IMG/VR virus record: IMGVR_UViG_3300013738_000002
Span: 1 to 40,712 of that record
Strand: one strand, 5' to 3'
DNA length: 40,712 nucleotides
From: a virus
Taxonomy: Duplodnaviria > Caudoviricetes
Below are positions 15,536-23,592 of this stretch, piece by piece. Numbering within the stretch: the first letter of the stretch is position 1; every line of letters starts with the position of its first letter. Below the pieces are notes generated by a model, which did no database searches, had not been told where the DNA came from, and saw only the letters and a program-made list of their open reading frames with translations. A program made the translations under genes and the position numbers.

Positions 15536-15720
15536 AGCTGGTCAGCACCACCACCATGATCAAGCGCCTGGAAGGCCTGCTTGGCACCCGCGACCTCAGC
15601 GACTGGGAGCAAGACTTTGTCCGGAAGCTCGCCGAGCTGGCGGCTGCCGGCCACGTTACCGGCCTCACTGGCGCCCAGATCGACAAACTCGACGAACTGC
15701 ACGGGAGGCACTTCGCATGA
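15532..15720 (+). CDS. Hypothetical protein (62 aa)
   Basis: GGAGG RBS; LSDWEQDFV...LT..Q...L. Confidence 0.75.
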   Translation: MKLVSTTTMIKRLEGLLGTRDLSDWEQDFVRKLAELAAAGHVTGLTGAQIDKLDELHGRHFA

Positions 15721-17360
15721 TCCGCGACCAGTTCCTGCTCGACATCAGCGAAGAGCTGATCGTGGACAACTTCGCAGGCGGCGGCGGCGCGAGCTGCGGC
15801 ATTGAACTGGCGCTCGGCCGACACGTCGACATCGCCATCAACCACGATCCGGAAGCGGTGGCCATGCATGCCATGAACCACCCGCAGACGGAGCATCACT
15901 GCGAAAGCGTGTGGGACGTTGACCCGCTGGCGCTGGCGAAGGGTCGGCCCGTCGGCCTCGCCTGGTTCAGCCCGGACTGCAAGCACTTCAGCAAGGCCAA
16001 GGGCGGCAAGCCGCGCGACAAGAAGATCCGCGGCCTCGCTTGGGTCGCGATGCGCTGGGCAGCGTTGGTGCGGCCGCGCGTGATCCTCCTGGAGAACGTC
16101 GAGGAGTTCCAGACGTGGGGCCCGGTGCTGGCTGACGGCCAGCCGTGCGCGAAGCGCAAGGGCGACACCTTCCGCTCGTTCGTGCGCCAGCTGCAGGAGA
16201 AGGGCTACGCGGTCGAATGGCGCGAGCTGCGCGCTTGCGACTACGGCGCCCCCACCATCCGCAAACGGCTGTTCCTGATCGCCCGTTGCGACGGCAAGCC
16301 CATCGTCTGGCCGGAGCCGACGCATGGCGCGCCCGACAGCGCCGCAGTTAGGGCTAAGAAGCGCAAGTCGTGGCGCACCGCGGCCGAGTGCATCGACTGG
16401 TCGATCCCTTGCCCGTCAATCTTCGAGCGCACCCGACCGCTGGCTGAGGCGACGCAGCGCCGCATCGCACGCGGCCTGCGCCGGTATGTGATCGACGCTG
16501 CCGAGCCGTTCGTGGTGAATCTGCCGGCCATGACGATGGCACCTATCGTGACCGAGTGCGCCAACGCGTCTGGTCAGCGCTCATTTCGCGCGGATGAGCC
16601 GTTGCGGACGCAATGCGCCGAGGTCAAAGGCGGTCACTTCGCACTGGCCTCCGCGACACTAGTTCAGACGGGCTATGGGGAGCGGCCCGGCCAAGCGCCG
16701 CGCGCGCCGGGGCTGGACAAGCCGCTAGGGACCGCTGTCGCCGGCGGCGTTAAGCATGCGCTGGTCGCCGCCTTCCTCGCCAAACACTATGGCGGCAACT
16801 ACGACGGCCCTGGCGTTGGCTTGAATGAACCGACAAGCACTATCACCACGGCCGACCACCATGCCCTGGTGTCCGCTCAATTGGTCGGCTGCGGCGGTCG
16901 CGCTGGACAGAGCCGCCCGCGCGACATCAGCGAGCCGATGCAGACGATCACGTCCAAGGGCGACACGGCCATTGCCACATCACACCTGGTGAAAGTACAC
17001 GCATTCCTGCAGAAGTATTACGGGAATGAGAAGGACGGCGTGGAGGTGCGAGAGCCGATGCACACGATTCCCTGCGTCGATCGCTTTGGCCTAGTCATGG
17101 TTCACGGCGAGCCGCATTACATCGCTGATATTGGCATGCGCATGCTGAAGCCGCACGAACTCTATGCGGCCCAAGGCTTCCCCACCACCTACGTAATTGC
17201 GCCGCTCATCAACGGACGCAGGCTGACCGAGCGCGCTCAGGTGCGCATGTGCGGCAACAGCGTCAGCCCGCCAATGGCAGCGGCACTGGTGCGCGCGAAT
17301 GTGCCGGAGATGGCGAGCTGGTCCGCGAAGGAATCGAAGGCAGTCAAGGAGGCCGCATGA
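15717..17360 (+). CDS. DNA cytosine-C5 methyltransferase (orphan)
   Basis: Motif I DNFAGGGG, catalytic SPDCKHFS, ENVEEF, R.RLF, C-terminal CGNSVSP. Confidence 0.93.
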   Translation: MIRDQFLLDISEELIVDNFAGGGGASCGIELALGRHVDIAINHDPEAVAMHAMNHPQTEHHCESVWDVDPLALAKGRPVGLAWFSPDCKHFSKAKGGKPRDKKIRGLAWVAMRWAALVRPRVILLENVEEFQTWGPVLADGQPCAKRKGDTFRSFVRQLQEKGYAVEWRELRACDYGAPTIRKRLFLIARCDGKPIVWPEPTHGAPDSAAVRAKKRKSWRTAAECIDWSIPCPSIFERTRPLAEATQRRIARGLRRYVIDAAEPFVVNLPAMTMAPIVTECANASGQRSFRADEPLRTQCAEVKGGHFALASATLVQTGYGERPGQAPRAPGLDKPLGTAVAGGVKHALVAAFLAKHYGGNYDGPGVGLNEPTSTITTADHHALVSAQLVGCGGRAGQSRPRDISEPMQTITSKGDTAIATSHLVKVHAFLQKYYGNEKDGVEVREPMHTIPCVDRFGLVMVHGEPHYIADIGMRMLKPHELYAAQGFPTTYVIAPLINGRRLTERAQVRMCGNSVSPPMAAALVRANVPEMASWSAKESKAVKEAA

Positions 17361-18301
17361 GCGAGAACAGCAAGATCGAGTGGACCGACCACACTTTCAA
17401 TCCTTGGGAGGGCTGCCAGAAGGTCGGCCCGGGCTGCGACCACTGCTACGCCGAGGCACGCAATGCGCGCTTCAGTGGCGGTACCGCGATCAACTGGGGC
17501 CCGGGCGCGCCGCGGCGCCGCACCTCGTCTGCAAACTGGCGCAAGCCGCTGGGTTGGAATGCCAACCATGCCACGTTTTTCGCCGAGCACGGGCGCCGGC
17601 AGCGCGTGTTCTGCGCCAGTCTGGCGGATGTGTTCGACAATGCTGTGCCCGAAGAGTGGCGAAACGACCTATGGCGGCTGATCGAAGCCACACCCAATCT
17701 CGACTGGCTGCTGTTGACCAAGCGCATAGGCAACGCGGGCAACATGCTGCCGGTGCCGTTCGATTTCGACCGCCAGTACCCGAACGTCTGGCTGGGAGCG
17801 ACGATCGTCAACCAGGCGGAAGCAGACCGCGACATCCCTAAGCTGCTCGAGGTGCCTGCGCGCGTCCGCTTCCTCTCCATGGAGCCGCTGCTCGGGCCGG
17901 TGGACTTGGGCCGGCACCTCTGGAAATGCTGCGGCCAGCCGGTACCCGGTCATCCCGGCGACGGCTGGATGCAACCGCCCGACCCGCCGGAATGCTGCGG
18001 CGATCTTGAGCCGGCAGACAAACTCCACTGGGTAATCGTCGGCGGCGAGAGCGGCCCGGGCGCGCGGCCTATGCATCCGGACTGGGCCCGCAGTCTGCGC
18101 GACCAGTGCGCGGCGGCTGGCGTGCCGTTCTTGTTCAAGCAGTGGGGAGAGTGGGCGCCGTATGACCGGGGCGCCGTCGATTCGAGCGCCCTCGCGCAGC
18201 CCGGCGCGCTGGATGAGCCGATGGGGAGGTACGGCAAGAAAGCCGCAGGCCGCCGCCTCGACGGCGCGCAGCACGACGGCTATCCGAGGATGCAGCCATG
18301 A
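17357..18301 (+). CDS. Phage Gp37/Gp68 (DUF5131) family protein, three-Cys motif
   Basis: SKIEWTDHTFNPWEGCQKVGPGCDHCYAE...LLTKR...WVIVGGESG...FKQWG. Confidence 0.92.
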   Translation: MSENSKIEWTDHTFNPWEGCQKVGPGCDHCYAEARNARFSGGTAINWGPGAPRRRTSSANWRKPLGWNANHATFFAEHGRRQRVFCASLADVFDNAVPEEWRNDLWRLIEATPNLDWLLLTKRIGNAGNMLPVPFDFDRQYPNVWLGATIVNQAEADRDIPKLLEVPARVRFLSMEPLLGPVDLGRHLWKCCGQPVPGHPGDGWMQPPDPPECCGDLEPADKLHWVIVGGESGPGARPMHPDWARSLRDQCAAAGVPFLFKQWGEWAPYDRGAVDSSALAQPGALDEPMGRYGKKAAGRRLDGAQHDGYPRMQP

Positions 18302-18516
18302 GCCAAGGCCTGATCTCTGAAGCGGAAATGGTCGAAATCACGGGCCTTAAAAGGCACAATTCGCAGGCTGCTTGGTTCCAGCGCGTTTTCGGCTTTGAGC
18401 CCGCCCGCCGGCACTGCGGGCGGCTCATCCTGACTTGGGAAGCCTTCAATGCGCTCCAAAAGAAGAGGTGCGGCGTGCTCGAAGCCGAGCAGGACCGCCC
18501 TGAACTGTGTCTGTGA
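18298..18516 (+). CDS. xis: Excisionase-like (DUF4224-type)
   Basis: ISEAEMVEITGLKR...QAAW; directly before int. Confidence 0.7.
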   Translation: MSQGLISEAEMVEITGLKRHNSQAAWFQRVFGFEPARRHCGRLILTWEAFNALQKKRCGVLEAEQDRPELCL

Positions 18517-18523
18517 GGTCAGT

Positions 18524-19615
18524 ATGAATGCAAGGCGCCGGCGGGAAGTGCCGGAGTGGATGCGGCGCGTCTATGAGAGCGATGGCAGCTGGTACTTCGT
18601 GCCGCGCAGGGGAAAGTGGATCCGCCTCTGCCGTGTTTCTGACGGCGAATCCAAACTGCTCGAGCGACTGCGGGAGGAGAAGGGCAAGCTCGCCGCGGTC
18701 GAGGGAACAGGAAACATGCCGCGCCTGGTGGCCGAATACGTGGAAGCCCACAAGGCCGAGCACAAGGAGAAGGCTTGGCCGAAGTATGGCGACTACGTGA
18801 AGCCGCCGTTCCGGAACCTCAACGCCAACCAGGTCGATGCCGCCCACATCGGCAAGTTTCTGACCACCAAGTACAAAAACAAGCTGCACATGCAGCGGGT
18901 GATGCGCGCCTTCCTGTCGGGCTTCTTCCAATGGGCCATTCAGGAGCGCCATGCCAAAACAAACCCGTGCCGCGACGTGAAGCTCAAGAAGCCGGCCGCG
19001 CGCACCGCCTACATCACCGACGACGATTTCGCCGCCATCCGCGGCCACATGCTACGGGACAAGAACGGGCACAAGCTACCGGGCGGGGAGATGATGCAAT
19101 GCTTCGTCGACCTATGCTATCTGACTGCCCAGCGGTCCACCGACATCCGCGAGCTGCGCTGGCGGCAGGACCCGGCCGCGCCCGCGGCCTGTAGTTGGGT
19201 CGACCAGGACGCCGGCGTGATCCACTTCAAGCCCACCAAGACGATCAAGTCCAGCGGTGTGGCCGTCGACTGGCCCATCACGCCGGAGATCGCCGCCGTG
19301 CTCGAGCGCGTCAAGGGCATCGGGAAGATCAAGGGCGTGCACGTCATCCACACCCTGCTGGGCAAGCCGTTCGGTGCCACCGGCGCGCGCAGCGCCTGGG
19401 ATCGCGCCTGCGAGCGAGCCAGCCTGGACGGCTACACGGTTAAGGACATCCGCGCCAAGGCACTCACTGATGCCAAAAAGGCGGGCTACGACATCGAGCA
19501 GATCATGGTGGCCGCCGCCCACTCGAACGCCAAGACCACCGAGGTCTACATCAAGGATCGGGAGACGCCGGTCAGTGGCGTCCGCCTCACAGTCCCGACC
19601 GGCAAGCGTCCCTAA
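18524..19615 (+). CDS. int: Tyrosine recombinase (integrase)
   Basis: LTAQR..DI, K (KPTKT), KDIRAK, AHS....T..Y; adjacent to attP. Confidence 0.93.
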   Translation: MNARRRREVPEWMRRVYESDGSWYFVPRRGKWIRLCRVSDGESKLLERLREEKGKLAAVEGTGNMPRLVAEYVEAHKAEHKEKAWPKYGDYVKPPFRNLNANQVDAAHIGKFLTTKYKNKLHMQRVMRAFLSGFFQWAIQERHAKTNPCRDVKLKKPAARTAYITDDDFAAIRGHMLRDKNGHKLPGGEMMQCFVDLCYLTAQRSTDIRELRWRQDPAAPAACSWVDQDAGVIHFKPTKTIKSSGVAVDWPITPEIAAVLERVKGIGKIKGVHVIHTLLGKPFGATGARSAWDRACERASLDGYTVKDIRAKALTDAKKAGYDIEQIMVAAAHSNAKTTEVYIKDRETPVSGVRLTVPTGKRP

Positions 19616-19733
19616 TAAGTTCTCCCCCGCTCCCCGCAAACCCGCATGCTGCCGTGGGCTGAAAAGCGAGATTGAGTTAGGGGAGGAAGCACGGAAAGGC
19701 GCTCCCGATAAGGCACAGCGGGATATGACGGCC

Positions 19734-19782
19734 CTGATTTGGGATCAGAGGGTCGCATGTTCGAATCATGTCGCCCCGACCA
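19734..19782 (+). mobile_element. attP core: 3' half of tRNA-Pro(TGG)
   Basis: CTGA-TTTGGGA-TCAG anticodon arm, GCATG-TTCGAAT-CATGT T arm, CGCCCCG-ACCA; 5' half absent. Confidence 0.9.
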
Positions 19783-19800
19783 GAAAAACCCAATGAAAAC

Positions 19801-19839
19801 AGCGGCTTAGTTGGTAACGACTAAGCCGCTTTTTCTTTT
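19801..19839 (+). terminator. Rho-independent terminator (replacement tRNA terminator, probably bidirectional)
   Basis: AGCGGCTTAGT-TGGTAACG-ACTAAGCCGCT-TTTTCTTTT. Confidence 0.88.
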
Positions 19840-19899
19840 CCCAAATAGCTTCCCTAATAACTTTTTGGGCCGTCCCTAAAATACAGTGGTCATCCAGTG

Positions 19900-19915
19900 C
19901 TGTACGAATATACAG
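19900..19915. promoter_or_regulatory. LexA (SOS) box
   Basis: CTGT-ACGAATAT-ACAG matches CTGT-N8-ACAG; the palindrome extends to TGCTGTA..TACAGCA. Confidence 0.7.
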
Positions 19916-19924
19916 CATAGGCTG

Positions 19925-20176
19925 CTAGTCCGGCACTGTCGCGTTCGCGCCGTCGTCAGGATTGATCGAGCGCGCGCAGTGCCCGGGCGGCTGTCCGAAC
20001 CATCCAATCACGGTATCGATGGCGCGGCACAGGACACACGCCCAGCGCGAGCCCTTCATCTGCGCCTTGCCGGCGCGTGAACTAAGCATCTCATTTGCAT
20101 CGCCGCCACTTGCGACGTTGAGACCCTCGTCGAACCAGCGCAGCCAGTTCATCAGATAGCGGCCGATGATGTTCAT
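19925..20176 (-). CDS. Conserved lysis-cassette hypothetical protein (83 aa)
   Basis: D...N...GG...E..SSRAG...W...LC..ID......HC motif; coupled to the upstream gene. Confidence 0.75.
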   Translation of the reverse strand: MNIIGRYLMNWLRWFDEGLNVASGGDANEMLSSRAGKAQMKGSRWACVLCRAIDTVIGWFGQPPGHCARSINPDDGANATVPD

Positions 20177-20793
20177 TGCGCCTTCCTCCCTGATGCGTCG
20201 GTGGTTACCGTTCCTGGTGTGACCGCGAAATTGGTGATGGCCTGGGTCTGCGCCGAGCCGTCCTTGGTCATGCCGAAGTAGAAGCCGAGCACCGATTTCG
20301 ACTCGCTGAACAGGTAGCCCAGCACGGTGCCGACGGTGAGCGCGGCCGTTGTGTCCTTGATGACGCTGTCGGCGTAACCCATGATGATCAGGATCGAGAC
20401 CGCGATGGTCGCCGAGACAATGCCCAGTCCGAGGACTGGGCGCATGAAGTCGTTCGGCTGCTTGGCCGCCAGGTCCCGGGCGTTCGCCCGGTCGCCGGCC
20501 TCTGCCGCATAGATCGCCTGCTCGTAGTTCATCTGCGCCTGTTCGCGCTGCGCCGCGATCTGGGCGAGCTGCGTCTGCTGGTCGAGGAGCGCTTTCTGGA
20601 ATTGCAGCGCCAGGTTGGGATCGGCCTGGATGGCCGCTAAGCTAGCGTCCGCGGTCGGCTGCCCGGTGACGGCCTTTGCCACGTCGACAACCTTGGTGGC
20701 CACATCGGCCGCCTTGGGACCTCCGAGCCAGCCGGCGATGGTTGGCGCCAGCGCGCCCGCCATCTGCGCGAGCGTAAGTGCAATAGCGATCAT
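20173..20793 (-). CDS. Holin-like membrane protein (3-TM holin type)
   Basis: N-terminal amphipathic segment, coiled coil, DR..AR, two C-terminal TMs, FYFG. Confidence 0.7.
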   Translation of the reverse strand: MIAIALTLAQMAGALAPTIAGWLGGPKAADVATKVVDVAKAVTGQPTADASLAAIQADPNLALQFQKALLDQQTQLAQIAAQREQAQMNYEQAIYAAEAGDRANARDLAAKQPNDFMRPVLGLGIVSATIAVSILIIMGYADSVIKDTTAALTVGTVLGYLFSESKSVLGFYFGMTKDGSAQTQAITNFAVTPGTVTTDASGRKAQ

Positions 20794-20794
20794 G

Positions 20795-21277
20795 TCAGCG
20801 TGCTCCTGCGAGAAGGTTGTTGCCGATTCGATTGGCCCAGCCCTTGCCAAAGTCCAGCCACGTTCTCAGGCTGGTGTAATAGAAGACCCGGTAGGCCAGG
20901 AACTTCATCTGGAAGATCCAAGGATTTGCGGCCTTGACCGCGGTCACGGTATTTGGCCCGATGAGGCCGTCCACCTTGGCGCCGGCCGCGGCCTGCATCC
21001 AGATCACTGGATGGCCGCCGTTGTAGTTCGCGTCGAACACCTGGAAGGCGATGCGCTCGTCGAACTCGTCGAGATGCAGGGGCTTCCAGTAGGTGGCGTA
21101 GGCGATCTGCTTTGCCATATCACGCGGAAGGTCATGCATCGGGCCCGTATAGCCGTGCGCGCGCGCCACCCGGGCGGTGACTCCCCACATGGTTTCACCG
21201 CCTGGATCCTTTGGGTTGTTCGAGTAACCGCCCTCGTTGCCGACCAACCGATCAAAGGAGGCATCGAAAGCGGTCAT
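20795..21277 (-). CDS. Endolysin, glycoside hydrolase family 108
   Basis: NEGGYSNNPKDPGGETMWGVT...DGLIGPNT...FGKGWANR. Confidence 0.93.
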   Translation of the reverse strand: MTAFDASFDRLVGNEGGYSNNPKDPGGETMWGVTARVARAHGYTGPMHDLPRDMAKQIAYATYWKPLHLDEFDERIAFQVFDANYNGGHPVIWMQAAAGAKVDGLIGPNTVTAVKAANPWIFQMKFLAYRVFYYTSLRTWLDFGKGWANRIGNNLLAGAR

Positions 21278-21525
21278 TTCCAAAGCCCCTTGACTCTCGA
21301 CCAGGCCAGAGCAATGCCAGCGACGGCCGTCGCGATATAGCCGATGGGCCGAACAACCTTGCCAAGCCATTCCAGCGTCTTGAAGGCACCGGACGCGGCG
21401 TCGAATGCCGCCACGATGTCGGTGGTGTTCGCCTCGACTCGGGCGGTGGCCTCACTGTTCCGTTTCAGCTCGGCCTCGAGCGTATCGACCCTCGTGACCA
21501 ACTCCTGAAAATTTGCATCGCCCAT
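21274..21525 (-). CDS. Putative holin or antiholin (coiled coil + C-terminal TM)
   Basis: 83 aa, directly upstream of the endolysin, GGAGG RBS. Confidence 0.6.
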   Translation of the reverse strand: MGDANFQELVTRVDTLEAELKRNSEATARVEANTTDIVAAFDAASGAFKTLEWLGKVVRPIGYIATAVAGIALAWSRVKGLWK

Positions 21526-21542
21526 CCTGCCCTCCTCAAAAG

Positions 21543-21561
21543 AAAAGCCGCCAGATGGCGG
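21543..21561 (-). terminator. Rho-independent terminator after the tail fibre gene
   Basis: GCCGCC-ATCT-GGCGGC-TTTTCTTT. Confidence 0.75.
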
Positions 21562-21579
21562 CGCGCCTACAGAGAAGAT

Positions 21580-22872
21580 TCATCCAGCAATGACCATCAC
21601 AATGCGCCGCTTCGCGCTACCACCGCCGCCGCCGCTACCCAACGTGAAGACAAGCGACGCCGCCATAACAGCCGCGCTGTTGCTGTTCGTTGCCGTGTAA
21701 GTGCCGGTTGGGTTAGATGCCGGCACATTCCACGCAAAAATCATTGAAGGGCCGACGCCTTCCACGACTTCGAGGGTTATGCCGGTCGGTTGCCCCGTCC
21801 AGGTCGTCGCACTGGTAGCGTTATTCGCCCAAAAGCAGGCGAGGAAATCATAGCTCGTGCTTGGCGTCAGACTAGGCGCGGTCGCCGTGCCGGTGCCGGT
21901 CGCTTCGCTGCTGGTGGCGCAACTGATGCTTCCCGCGCCCGCCGCCGTGCAGCGGAGAATGCAAGCAATGGTCCATGTGTAAGCGTTTGCCCCTAACGTA
22001 AAGGTGAGGCTCGTCGCATCGCCCGTGTGCCATACCTTCGTGTAGACAAACCCGTATGTCGTGCTCTGCTGTAACGTGTAGCCAGACGGCGGCGTAATCG
22101 TGTTGCCATTGGTATCTATGGCAATGCAAACCATGTCGCCGTCTTTCACCAGCAAGCGGGCTAGGTCCACGGTGACGGTGCTTCCAAACCCTTGTGGGAT
22201 TGACCACAGCGCGCCGAATTCCGGCCGCTTTGCGTCAAGGGTCGCGGCACTCGCGCCCGATGCCTTTAGCGCAATCTGGCAACCGAATTGCAATTGCGCA
22301 CCGTCGCTGGCGCCGGTTGCGTCTAGGTTTCCCGTCGCGGTGCCGTTCGTCAGCGCCTTATCGCCAATTGCGAGCGTCGGGCCGGTCGTCGTGGATACCC
22401 GCGACGTAACCCCTGAAGGCATCGTGAATGCGCCCCCCCCGCCATCGTTGCGGCGCGCGTAGACGCACACAAGCTGACTACTATTCCAATTCGGATTGAG
22501 CGACGGCGCGCGAAAAATGGTGTCGCTATATTGATTGTGAATCCTCGCGCACCAATTCGAATTGTCAATCGGGGTCGTCGTATCGCAACCGGAATATGAA
22601 ATCGCGAGGCTTTCGAACCATGCCGAGCCCGACGAGGTAACCGTTACGGATGACGGGTCGCCGCTTTGAAAGACGCGATAGCAAACGCAGACGGCCGGGC
22701 CGGCGACGATGGTCGTCCAGCCGGACGGCGCGGAAAGCGTATTTGAGTCCGCCCCCTGGCATGCCGCAATAATCGTGACATCCCCGACCGTCGTTCCGGT
22801 CGGTAGACTAATCGTCGTGCTCGTGCTGTTATTGCTTGGGCCGACAGACGTAGCGCGAAGAGCGATAGCCAT
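21580..22872 (-). CDS. Putative receptor-binding / tail fibre protein (Ser/Thr/Gly-rich, internally duplicated)
   Basis: Last tail gene; two similar beta-rich halves. Confidence 0.65.
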   Translation of the reverse strand: MAIALRATSVGPSNNSTSTTISLPTGTTVGDVTIIAACQGADSNTLSAPSGWTTIVAGPAVCVCYRVFQSGDPSSVTVTSSGSAWFESLAISYSGCDTTTPIDNSNWCARIHNQYSDTIFRAPSLNPNWNSSQLVCVYARRNDGGGGAFTMPSGVTSRVSTTTGPTLAIGDKALTNGTATGNLDATGASDGAQLQFGCQIALKASGASAATLDAKRPEFGALWSIPQGFGSTVTVDLARLLVKDGDMVCIAIDTNGNTITPPSGYTLQQSTTYGFVYTKVWHTGDATSLTFTLGANAYTWTIACILRCTAAGAGSISCATSSEATGTGTATAPSLTPSTSYDFLACFWANNATSATTWTGQPTGITLEVVEGVGPSMIFAWNVPASNPTGTYTATNSNSAAVMAASLVFTLGSGGGGGSAKRRIVMVIAG

Positions 22873-23588
22873 TAGTACGACCCTTTGAACGTAAAGGCAA
22901 TATCGGCGAGCGTCGTGTCTGCGGTGGTAGGCGCGTCAATTTCGAACGTATCGCCTGCGGCAAACGTGACGGCGCCTGTAAAGCTGACGGTCGGAACCGT
23001 GCCCGCCGCCGCGAACGTAAGGCTGCCGATAGTGGTCCCGTTCTGCTTGAGCGTGAAAGCCGTACTAGCCGTCGCGGCCGTGCCGGCATCGAAATATGAG
23101 CCGGTCAGGCTGGCCGGCAGCGTCACGGCGCGGTCTACCTTGATGCGGATTTTTTCGCCGTTCGTCGTCACGCCGACAAAGTTGACAATGAAGTCATAGG
23201 CGCGGGCGCCGACGAGCGCTGACGGCTGATAGCTTCGGTTATCCGTGTAGCTCGTGACCGTCGCCGTGCCCGTGACGATGGAATACAGCGGAATCGAGCC
23301 AGCAGGAAAGCCCGTCGTATTGACGGATACTGCGCCGGTCGTCGCGTTCGCGTAGACATAGTTTGTCGTGCTCGCCGTGAGCGCAACCGTGCCGTTAGCA
23401 ATCGCGTTCGCCGTGCTTCCATACATGAATGTACCGCCGTAGTACCCCCAAGTAAGGCCGTTGCATGCGCTCGCGTGCCGACCCCAAAGCATGCTAGGAC
23501 TGGCGGCATCCATGAGGGCGTTAAAAACAACCTCTTTGCTCGCCTGATTCGCTGCAATGGTATCGAGTAGCGTCGTGCTGTTCGACAT
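22872..23588 (-). CDS. Tail fibre / tip-associated protein
   Basis: MSNSTTLLDTI...Q..KEV..N.L.DA N-terminus typical of fibre genes following GTA-like tips. Confidence 0.7.
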   Translation of the reverse strand: MSNSTTLLDTIAANQASKEVVFNALMDAASPSMLWGRHASACNGLTWGYYGGTFMYGSTANAIANGTVALTASTTNYVYANATTGAVSVNTTGFPAGSIPLYSIVTGTATVTSYTDNRSYQPSALVGARAYDFIVNFVGVTTNGEKIRIKVDRAVTLPASLTGSYFDAGTAATASTAFTLKQNGTTIGSLTFAAAGTVPTVSFTGAVTFAAGDTFEIDAPTTADTTLADIAFTFKGSY

Positions 23589-23592
23589 GGGG

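Larger units (their letters stand above)
19609..19882. mobile_element. attP region with putative integrase arm-type repeats
   Basis: TCCCTAATAA at 19609 and 19851, TCCCAAATAG at 19839, TCCCTAAAAT at 19873, inverted copy near 19677, all flanking the tRNA core. Confidence 0.7.

Noticed and set aside
19734-19782. Functional tRNA-Pro gene
   Set aside because: The 5' acceptor strand and D arm are absent; it is the attP core
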